A stretch of 64,000 nt of DNA, from positions 79,608,001 to 79,672,000 of the forward strand of contig OX597826.1 of assembly GCA_951406725.2 (NCBI GenBank), in the 5' to 3' direction. Positions 52,219 through 64,000 of the stretch are shown here, one piece after another. Made by a program: the position numbers and the translations under genes. The DNA comes from Octopus vulgaris. Taxonomy: Eukaryota. The notes under the pieces were generated by a model, which saw only the letters and a program-made list of their open reading frames with translations, was not told where the DNA came from and did not search any database. The first letter of the stretch is position 1. Every line of letters starts with the position of its first letter.

Positions 52219-52649
52219 TTATACATATATATATGTCATAAATAACAGAGAAATAGTTTTATGAACTTATATTTAATGATATGAAAATTCAAATATCATG
52301 ACACATTGTTTCGTAACTTAAAAACATGTAAATAATCTATATTATTAAACAATAAATAAATTACCCACATGTCTCCATTAATGGGCTTTTTTTATGAGCA
52401 TTGCCGGATTAGTGGAATCCATATATAGTGACTTATTTATATATAAAACATGGTATAATTACAAACAGGGCCAATTTTAGCCATTTATAAGTAGAATGAA
52501 AAAAGTATGAACAACCTTAATTTATTTTCGAACATTATTGGGTTCTCATCAGAGGCGTCTACATCATTCTGACAGTCTCCAGAGAAACAAGCAGACAAGC
52601 TGTTTATACACTCAACAAATGCAACAGTTACTCTATGAAGGATTCCCTA

Positions 52650-52716
52650 ATTTGCATACCGAAAGTCTTTAACACTCTATAAATACAAGCGGACTGTCAA
52701 CGGGGATGTTAGTCCA
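52650..52716 (+). promoter_or_regulatory. Candidate Pol II core promoter (octamer, TATA, Inr-like)
   Basis: ATTTGCAT at 52650-52657, TATAAATA at 52678-52685, TTAGTC with its A at 52711 (33 nt from the TATA start). Confidence 0.4.
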
Positions 52717-52745
52717 CACAGCATCATTCGAAGTAGACGTTGGTT

Positions 52746-52817
52746 ATGGCCCTGAAAGATAACTTTAGCTTCACGCGCATTATGCTGGCTGGAGGCACAT
52801 CACTCTTACAGATGGAG
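52746..52817 (+). CDS. Candidate first coding exon MALKDNFSFTRIMLAGGTSLLQME (phase 0); gene not identified
   Basis: 24 open codons in non-repetitive sequence from ATG to a consensus donor GAG|GTAAGT, just downstream of the TATA/Inr motifs. Confidence 0.35.
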
Positions 52818-52937
52818 GTAAGTCTGTTTTCTTACCTCTTCTGTACACCTATCAGTCTTTCTACATACACTTAGACAATACATGATGCGTATATGTAAAG
52901 AGGTGAATGTTGTACTAATCCATGAATGTCTTGAGAC

Positions 52938-52985
<48 letters not shown>

Positions 52986-53566
52986 ATACATACACACATA
53001 TACACACACACGAAGGAAGAATCTGATGAGGTAATCCAACGTTAAGCCTATTTGACAATCCGGCATTATAGGAACTGCAAGTATGATGGCTGGAGTGTTT
53101 GAATCGGTGATAAATGTAGGTAAGTCCATGAAAATGACAACACAAAAACGAGATAAAACTCGTTAAATGATTCACTATTGTCACCCAGATACATTCAAAT
53201 GCAATTGTTATAACGTTTCGGATCCATGCCCTTCATCAATGGCAAGAAGTAAGTAACATTTGTTCCCATTACAACATCTAAAATACACGCATCGATCTTT
53301 CTTTTTACAATTTGAACACTTCGTTAATATTTATGTGTGTCTATGTGTCCATCTGTATATTGTGTGTGTGTGTGTGTGTGTTAGTGTGTTATATAAATAC
53401 ATATCTAGCAAATACGGGGGGAATATTTTTGTTGGAAAACATCTTAGCAAAGAGCGGAAGAAGTCAGAAATATGTATTCATGCCTAGAGTAATAGTAACA
53501 AAAACAACAATAATAATAATAGCAAATACGGATGGATGTAATGAATGTATATTAGACAACGATGCT

Positions 53567-53624
<58 letters not shown>

Positions 53625-53650
53625 CATACATACACACACGTATATGTATG

Positions 53651-53735
<85 letters not shown>

Positions 53736-54745
53736 TCAGTATTTGACATGATTTCATTTTATAGTCTGCCTTCATTTTAGCCATCATTATATTTCATTGT
53801 ACAAACATACTCAGAGACACACGTACAAACCCTCTCTCTCGCCAACAAGCATGTACATATTTGTATAAACAGGGAGCGATAGAGAGAGAGAGAGAGAGAG
53901 AGAGAGGAGGGGGAGGAGGAGGAGAAAAAAGTGGCAAAGATAGCGAGAAAGAAAGAGAAATAAACACATCAAGGGGTAGAAAGGTGCGTGTATATGTATA
54001 ACAGCTAATTGAATCAAATGAGTTGCAGCAAGCAGCATCCATATTTGCAGTCGGCTCTCCTCTTCTCCTCTTCTCCCCCCCCCCAAACACCACGTATTTC
54101 ACGACACCTCCTTTCACTCTGATGCTCGACACAGTTACCGTAGCAACAAGCTCCATTAAAAAGAAAATGATATACCCCCCTCCCCCTCTCGACACAATCG
54201 CACTTCATTATTTTTTTTTTCGATTTTTTTTTTTTCACTCTGGCTCCGCACCCAAATCCTATTCACATCCACGTGGTGCATCTCAATATAAGATGAGACC
54301 ATGTTGCAGAGATGGATAGGGAGGAAGAGAGAGAGAGAGAGGGGGAGACAGAAGAGGTAGACAGACAAGGGAGATGAGTAACAATGGCGGCGAAGAGTAA
54401 TATTGTAGACGTGATGGGGGAGTGGGGGGAAGAGGCGAAATGACATATGTAGGAATACACGCACGCACGCATGCGCACACACACATATATTTCTCCGTTT
54501 TGGACACACATGCATATATACACACATATACGCATAAACACATACACAGACACACACACATATATACATATATATATATACGTATACATATATATGTATA
54601 TATATGTATACGTATATATATATATATATATATATAAATATATATATATACATACATATCTATATATACATGTATATAAATATATATATACATACATATT
54701 TATATATACATATATATATATATATATACGTCCATATATATATAC

Positions 54746-54807
<62 letters not shown>

Positions 54808-55226
54808 TTACATATATATATACATACATATAAATGCATGTATATATATAAATATGTAAATAAATGCATACGCACGCATACAAACGCACACACACACACA
54901 CACGCAAACGCACACACATATGTATATGAATTGGGGAGAAGGAAGAGTACATAACTAAAGAGGATCTGAGTAAGTGAATAGATGAGAGATAGAGAGAGAG
55001 AGAGAGAGAGATAGAGAGTGGGGTGAGGAACTGTATGTGAGGGAGACAAAGTTTACGAGGAAGATAAGTAGGGCAAATGGGAGAGGGGGTGGGTGGGGGA
55101 GAAGAACGCGGGATTTCATTGCGTGGAATTCGCAAAAGCAACAGTTTAAAAGCGAGCCCATCTCTCTTTCTCTTTCTCTCACCCTCTGTTTCTTTCGCTC
55201 ACTCTTTCTTTCTATGTCTCTCTCTG

Positions 55227-55276
<50 letters not shown>

Positions 55277-55509
55277 TACATACATATATATATCTAGTTA
55301 TCTACTGTGTCTATATATCCAACCACCTCTTTCACTCTCTCACACTTTCACTCTCCTACCTACCTGTCTATCTATCAGCTTTGCACCTATCTATCAATAA
55401 AATGGAGGACGAAATGGCAAAATTTATAGGCGTCGATAAATATAGGATGATGTGAGAAGATAAAATAGAGTGTGCGAGCGTGTGTGTCATGCTGTTCCAT
55501 CCTGTCTTT

Positions 55510-55870
55510 GCACCAACAATATATCAGAGTATTTTAGAGCTTGTCTTTAGAAACCACACTAACACCATACATAATGACACAGTGGGAAAGAAAAACATCT
55601 TTCAGACCACAGCATTGTTCTCCGTAACCTGAGATTCTACCAGCCGAAATCTAACACTAGTGATCTCTCTCCTGCCAATCCATTTGATAACATGGATCTC
55701 TATGATGCCCATTGGGACACGATTATGAATGAGCCATCGCATGCTGACTGGTCTTTCGTACATGCGCACACCTCCTCCAGCATCATAATATCTTGGCAGA
55801 TTTTGTCGACACTGTCACAAACATATGTGCAACCCACCCGCCTCACCCCAAGACCTGTGAATAAAACTAA
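55510..55870 (+). mobile_element. CR1/Jockey-group LINE remnant (AP-endonuclease end plus linker)
   Basis: SILELVFRNHTNTIH..LSDHSIVL..FDNMDLYDAHWDTIMNEPSHADW (cf. LDLVF..SDH..ADW..DW). Confidence 0.65.
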
Positions 55871-55950
55871 GTGCAGAATCCCCCAAAACAGAAAAAAACT
55901 ATTACCAGAAAAATTAAAAGAACAAACAAAAAAATTACAAACAAAAATAC

Positions 55951-55981
<31 letters not shown>

Positions 55982-56169
55982 CACACGAAGTCCGTTTTAA
56001 AAATAAATACACACTTGTGGGAAGAGATAACCTGTAGAAGTACTGGGCCAATTCTGGTGGGAAATTATGTAAGTAAATCATACTAAATCTATTCCGATAT
56101 CATGGGATTCATAAAGTTACCTTTAACCGTTGTTTTTTTGCCTTTTTGCGACATGAGGATAAAGCAGCG

Positions 56170-56690
56170 AAGGTGCAATGTCTGGTGTGGAGTGTCATCA
56201 AAGGCATCAATGCGACCATTTTTCTTTGAAGCGACTGTTACTGGTCAAGCGTTATGGAAATGAAGAATTTTTCTTGAAACAAGTTGGCGTACTGGAATAC
56301 TACTACCGAGACGTGCGAACTTACTTAGATGTAAATTTGCACGGGCAATGGATAAGAAGAAAAGCTATAGCTGAATTACGCTCACATTCTCCTGATTTCA
56401 TACCTGCGGACTTTTACGTATAGGTCGCCCTAAAGTGTATCGTGTATCGCGGAAAATGGACAACATCGACGGCTTTTGGGGTACAGTAATCTCATTGGAC
56501 CCTTCAGCCAACGTTGCCCGAGAGGGATTCACCATACTAATAAGCGTCAGGAAGCTAATGGCCACCAATTTGAGTACCTCTTACTATTGTAGAGGTTAAT
56601 GGTAAAATGTATTAATTCCGCGATATATGAATCAATTTGATATCAAAATATTTCTACACATTTTTCTTTCCTTGAAGTGCGTATACATTT
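56170..56690 (+). mobile_element. Degenerate Tc1/mariner-superfamily transposase remnant
   Basis: YYRDVRTYLDVNLHGQWIRRKAIAELRSHSPDFIPADFYV*VALK (cf. VRxYLxxxxxxRWIGRxxxxWPxRSPDLTPxDFxLWGxLK). Confidence 0.75.
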
Positions 56691-57626
56691 CTTTTACTAA
56701 AACGTTAAAAAAAACCCTGCTAATTTGCTGAATGAAACTTTATGTTGAAAGTGTGTAGAGTATAATGTATTTTAAGCTGTATGGCATAAACTGGAATTAC
56801 ACAGGAGTCAACCATGTTCATCTTTCATAAATTAACGCACGCACACACACACACAAGCACAAATGGCTTCCGTTGTTGTTGATTGTTTCTCGAGCTCCAT
56901 ATCAGATCCTCGAACCAATCTCTTTCTCTGTCTCCTGAACATCTACAACGAGGTCATCAAATATGAAATTTCTAAGCTGTTGAAATGTGATTATACGGGT
57001 GATTCGGCTATTATTTCTAGTAGGCCGAGCGACCTCATACTGGCTTGTATGTATTGGGTATTAGGGACAGTTAACACAAAGTGGCAACAAACCGCTGGTT
57101 GGCGGCATTCATACTTGCTTTTAACCCTTGTTTGGTGCTGTTACTAATGGAATTAAAAAAAGGATAGTAACATACAATGCTTCTGACAAACCAGTATACT
57201 TTTATCAATGTAAGTAAAATCATATTAACGGTTTTCATATATATCTTTCAAAATTAATGTCATATCTCACATATTAAGAAATTAAAATATATTCTTATAA
57301 AAAATTGAAAAAGAAAAAAACCTTTCTTAAGTAGAAAATAGTAATTATGTCTGTCTCCTAAATACTCAAATCTATAAAAAGACAAGCGTATATACTGACA
57401 ATATCACTAACATCGAAATAAAATATATGGCTCATAAACATAGATTTGATATCAGATTAGATAAACACGGAGTGTATGATATAGTGCGGGAACAAGAAGT
57501 ATGTATGATACCAGTTGTTAATGATAATTTATCGATCTTTTAAAAGGGAGATCAGATTAATTAGTAGGACTGTCTTAAGTAATAATAAACCAGAATAGGA
57601 CTGTTTCCAACCTTCAGAAATATTAG

Positions 57627-58022
57627 GCGCTGGCGTGATTGTCTGGTAAGGAGGTTGTTTCCCAACTACAAGATTCCGAGTTCAGTTGTGGCACTTTGGC
57701 AGTTGTCTTCTACTATAGCTTCGGGAATCCAAAGCCTTGAAAGAGGATCTGGAAGACGGAAACTGAAGAAGCTTGTTGTCTATGTATACCCGCGAGTGTG
57801 TGTGCATGTGTGTGTGTCTGTGTCTGTTTTCGTTACCCTCGCCTGTCAACCGCTATTGGGCGGTTTACATCCCCATAATATGACGGTTCAACAAAAGAAA
57901 CCGACGGTATAAGTACCAGGCTAAAAGAACAAGCTGGGATCAAGTCATTCGACTAAATTTTTTCAAGGCAGTGCCCCAGCATGGATGCAGGGTAATGACT
58001 GAAACAGGTAAAAGCTAAAAGA
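57627..58022 (+). mobile_element. SINE F1
   Basis: ggcgctggcgtgattgtctggtaag..gacggaaactgaaga..(TG)n..gccccagcatgg..tgactgaaacagg. Confidence 0.85.
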
Positions 58023-58479
58023 TAAACAGAACACAAGTAATACATTCATTATCTGGTTTAATAAAAATTATTATAAATCTACTTATTTTGAGGTTCACGA
58101 GCTCTCTCCTACTCTTCGCTACTCAAGAATTCGCTAACAAATATAGTAACATACGAAATGATGTAGATATAATTATACACGTTGGGAAGACTCAACTATT
58201 TAACAAAAGTTGTGCGTGAGTTAAAAAAACAAAACGAAACAAAACAAAGCAAAATAGACACAAATTAATTTTACGTCAGCATGGGATCATTTGCGAGCTG
58301 AGATATGTGAGCTCGTAGGTCTGTATATCCGAAATACTTACAAAATAAAATTCTTCACCGCAGATATAGGTGTATATAGAATCAATGAGTTTTGCTATAT
58401 TCTGACCCAGCAACTGATATACGTCAGATAACTTTAGAAAGTGCCTGCTTAACATCTTCAAAAATTTCTGTTATTGTGT

Positions 58480-59760
<1,281 letters not shown>

Positions 59761-59976
59761 ACTTGCGCAAAATATATGATATAGTATAATATGTTATAAG
59801 ATATAGTATATATGATATATGATATATATGATACAGTATAATTTTTAAAAACGATATCTTACAGTTTTACAATTTTACACGTGACAAATACTCTAGAAAT
59901 TATCTAAGTGTCCTTAGCTAAAATACCCACATAAGTTTTTCCAGTATAACTACAGAAACCTACATACATACATATG

Positions 59977-60034
<58 letters not shown>

Positions 60035-60035
<1 letters not shown>

Positions 60036-60410
60036 TCTTTTACTTGTTTCAGTCATTGACTGCGGCCATGCTGGAGCACCGCCTTTAATCGAGCAACTCG
60101 ACCCCGGGACTTATTCTTTTGTAAGCCCAGTACTTATTCTATCGGTCTCTTTTGCTGAACCGCTAAGTAACGGGGACATAAACACACCAGCATCGGTTGT
60201 CAAGCAATGCTGGGGGGACAAACACACATATATATATACATATATACGACGGGCTTCTTTCAGTTTCCGTCTACCAAATCCACTCACAAGGCTTTGGTCG
60301 GCCTGTGGCTATAGTAGAAGACACTTACCCAAGGTGGCACGCAGTGGGACTGAACTCGGAACCATGTGGTCGGTAAACAAGCTACTTACCGCACAGCCAC
60401 TCCTGCGCCT
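60035..60410 (-). mobile_element. SINE F1, full length, little diverged
   Basis: ctcttttacttgtttcagtcattgactgcggccatgctggagcaccgcc...gcacagccactcctgcgcc. Confidence 0.94.
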
Positions 60411-60559
60411 ATATATTTATAGAAAGATAAACATATAAATATGTAAAATCGCAGAAAATCGTGGGATCCCGCCTTTCTGTAGTGAATAGAATGAGTGTGC
60501 AATTCACCAAAGAGGGGGAGGAGTGTACATCATCTCGCCCAGATCAATCAGGGCCCTCT

Positions 60560-61381
60560 CACTGAACCATTCTCTTTGTTCAGAGAAGTGGGGAAAATGA
60601 TGCTCGTTGCAAGGCCTCTAACATAGCAGAACCCGTTAATATCAGTCGCAGAACAGCTGTCGGGTGTCTCCACAAACTTGGTTACTATGGCAAAGCAGCA
60701 AGAAAGGAACCATTTCTTCGACCAGCCAACATAAGCGGAGAAAAGATTGGGCAGTGAGATGGTGGAGAGGCCACTAGCATTTTGGGACACTGTCATATTC
60801 TCTGAGGAGTCCAGATTTTCTGTATTTCCAGACAGTGGTCAAATGTGGGTCTGGAGACTCTGTGAGCAAGAATTTGATGTGAAAAGATTGAAGCCAACAA
60901 TGAAACATGGCAGCTAATTCTGTGATGGTCTGGGGAGCAATTTGGAGCAATGGTCGATCAGAGCTGGTGGTGTATGAGGGAAACATAAACTCAGATAAAT
61001 ATGTGTCCATTTGGCAGAAAGGACTCCTTCTGATCTTCTCCCGTAGTGAAATGGTTAAAGAAGACTCTTTATTTACGGAATGTTGGGTTCCTTGTCACAT
61101 GGCTTAAAAAGACCAAACATCTGTTGGATGAGAATGGCATTAAAAAGCTTCCATGGCCAAGCCAGTAACTAGATGTGAATCTTATTGAACACCTCAGGGA
61201 CATAATGGACAGGACACTTGATAAAAAGAACAAGAAGGCATCTTCAAAGCCGGATCTTTTGAGATTATTGCATAAAACTTGGCAAGAAATTCCTCAAGAG
61301 AATATTCGTCATCTGATCATTAACATGCCTAATAGGGTCCTTGAAATGAAAAATGCAAAGGGCATGTCTACTAAATATTAA
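60560..61381 (+). pseudogene. Tc1-type (DD34E) transposase pseudogene
   Basis: FWDTVIFSEESRFS..MWVWR..PTMKHG..SVMVWGAI..GNINSDKY..PCH..LPWPSQ*LDVNLIEHL..WQEIP..MPNR..AKGMSTKY*. Confidence 0.9.
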
Positions 61382-61688
61382 ATATTCACATTATAACAAT
61401 CAATAAATAATTTGAATGTATAATTTCAGATTTAAATAAATTTTAATGATTATAAGGGTGGCTGTCATGTCTGTTATATCTGTGTATGTGTGTGTACCCA
61501 TTGAACAAACTGCCCGTCCGAAACAGAGTTAACTTCTCAGCTGTTGTAGATACAAGTTTTCAGTTGTGTGAACTGGAAAAAAAGAGAAAGGATGTTCCTT
61601 ATTTAAGGACAACGTGCTGCTCTGTCCAGGAACCGAACCTACGATGTAACTACCATTATACTCACCATTAAACAAGCGCACTGAGCAC

Positions 61689-61722
<34 letters not shown>

Positions 61723-61976
61723 CGCGCGCACACACACACACACACGCACACACATTCTCGATTTAGTTTCTCCGGTTTGAGGATGATGCATTTCAACAAG
61801 ACTTGTACAAGGAGAGAGGCATTGTTCAGTTGTACATTTATTTTATATTCAAACTGACAGACATAACTCATGAATATGTATCTTTATATCACTTGATTAC
61901 CATAGACAAACTCTGCTCCTCTAATACAGAATATATTTGTTTATAGTAATGAATTTCAAGTAACCCTCCCGTATAC

Positions 61977-62034
<58 letters not shown>

Positions 62035-62038
<4 letters not shown>

Positions 62039-62200
62039 ATTAGAGATAAAACCACAATTAGGCAAATGAAACAATGAAAACCATAAGCCAATACATAAAA
62101 TTAATTAATTTATATTATTTTAAATATATATCAAAAGTATTAAAAGTTTAATGAAATATAAAGAGTAAAACACTACGATCGTTTCATGGCTGTACAATTC
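62035..62200 (-). mobile_element. Probable PLE pseudo-LTR fragment with the 3' half of a hammerhead
   Basis: Minus strand gccat GAAA CGATCG T A gtg (palindromic ACGATCGT stem III). The 5' core is absent; the fragment is flanked by (TA)n. Confidence 0.4.
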
Positions 62201-62244
62201 GTAATAATATATATATATATATATATATGCATGTGTGTGTGTGT

Positions 62245-62440
62245 GTGTTCCAACATCGCTTGTAGTGCGATGCTGTGTGTTTACGTCCCCGTAACCTAGC
62301 GGTTCGGCAAAAAGAGACCGATAGAATAAGTACTAGATTTACAAAGAATAAGTCTTGGGGGTAGATTTGCTCGACTAAAAGGTGGTGCTCCAGCATAGCC
62401 GCAGTCAAATGACTGAAACAAGTAATAGAATAAAAGAACA
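62245..62440 (+). mobile_element. SINE F1 tail
   Basis: tttacgtccccgtaacctagcggttcggcaaaa..gctccagcatagccgcagtcaaatgactgaaacaagta. Confidence 0.9.
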
Positions 62441-62530
62441 AAAGAATATATATATATACATACATACATACATACATGCATGCATGCACGCACATACATA
62501 CATACATACATACACACACACACATACACA

Positions 62531-62622
<92 letters not shown>

Positions 62623-63495
62623 TATGGCGATGAGATAGAGACATTACAGTACCAAAATTTTAATTCCACTGTGGCTGTTTTCTCATTTCACTTTACCAGA
62701 GTCAATGATGCACGGAATATCAATCCAGTGTTGAAGTCTATTAAATGTAGGTGATCCCGTTTTCAAAATGGAGGCTTTTAAACGAATTTAGCAATCATTA
62801 TAAAGATACACATCAGCGTAACAAACAAACAGCGATGAGGGATGTATTACGTGTGCGATGATAATGTGAAAGTAGAACAAGCTGAATCGAAAATTGCAAA
62901 TATGTATTTAGGGCTGAGCTTGTAGAGTTGTTGCAAATATTCATTGTTAGCATCATTACCTGATAAAAGGCGCCAGAAAAATCAATCTTTGAGACTTACA
63001 GAGCTTATAATGCAATGCAGAAGAAAGCCATTCACAATGTTAGGAATGGTAAAAAAAATAATAATAAAATGAACGAATTGGAAACATGGCTTGTGATTAC
63101 TATGAATTATTTTTCTGATTTATTTCATGAGGTTGGCAAAGGTCATGCAGACAAAAGAACGCATTCATATTTACGAAATCAGATTTTGGGAAAGTTCTGT
63201 ATTCATTAATATAATTGTCATTATTGAATGCGTAAATCAAATTTCAGCTGAAGAAAAGTAAAGCAAAAATTTTAGGAACAACATGATAAAGAAGAAAAAA
63301 ATCTACCAATTCGTAAACAGAAAAATACGATGAACAACAGCAGAATATACGACACGTGTGCCATTAATTACAACTTAACTTGCAATTTGCGTTTTGCACG
63401 CTTTCATTTTGTATTAAGTATCGTTCATTTCCAGTTGATCTCTTAAGAATATAGATAGGAAGCTATTTAAAGTAATGGATTTAGGAAATTTCTGA

Positions 63496-63496
<1 letters not shown>

Positions 63497-63592
<96 letters not shown>
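63497..63592. repeat. (ATCT)n microsatellite
   Basis: Direct reading. Confidence 0.98.
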
Positions 63593-63691
63593 GATTTATG
63601 TATGTATCTATCTATTTCTATGTATATGTATATATTTAATTAACTACATATACATATATACATACACACAGACATATACACACACACATTC

Positions 63692-63727
<36 letters not shown>

Positions 63728-64000
63728 ATGTATAATACATATGCATAATTATACCAATGCTACACCGAACGCAAAGTGTTGCAACAATTCAGCATAGTGA
63801 ACGCTATAAATCAATAGATCAATAGCCAATAATGCATAGAGGAAGAGCATTCATCCGTCACTCAATCTATATTGCTATAAAACTGTCAGTTCTCCACATT
63901 CTAACGATACTAGATCAACAATTGCCTCCTGCTATGATATACAGGCCATGCAAGCGAGAGAGAGATAGCGACAGACAGTATTGCCGTGTAGGGTATTTAC

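Overview
AT-rich, microsatellite-saturated animal genomic DNA. The SINE families, the (TA)n/(CA)n/(TACA)n/(ATCT)n/(AAT)n load and the transposon mix point to an Octopus genome (inference from recalled repeat families, not a search). The window is intronic or intergenic, with no intact multi-exon gene recognisable; nearly all long ORFs in the track are microsatellite artefacts. Recognisable content: about 25 tRNA-derived SINE copies from four modular families, including a head-to-tail array at 14.5-15.9 kb; Penelope-like element (PLE) remnants with RT and GIY-YIG fragments; three R4/Dong-type retrotransposon pieces, two of them inside (AAT)n tracts; RTE, Tx1/L1-like and CR1-like LINE ends; mariner and Tc1 pseudogenes; mariner and hAT MITEs. 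Most notable: (i) at least seven minimal type-I hammerhead-ribozyme motifs from about four sequence families; (ii) a hammerhead module apparently joined to a Pol III B-box head whose (AAT)n linker has twice received Dong insertions; (iii) a perfect 149-bp-arm palindrome at 737-1039; (iv) a SINE tail shared with a Tx1-like LINE, with apparent self-nesting; (v) a candidate promoter and first coding exon at 52.65-52.82 kb whose splice donor can be sequestered in a hairpin.
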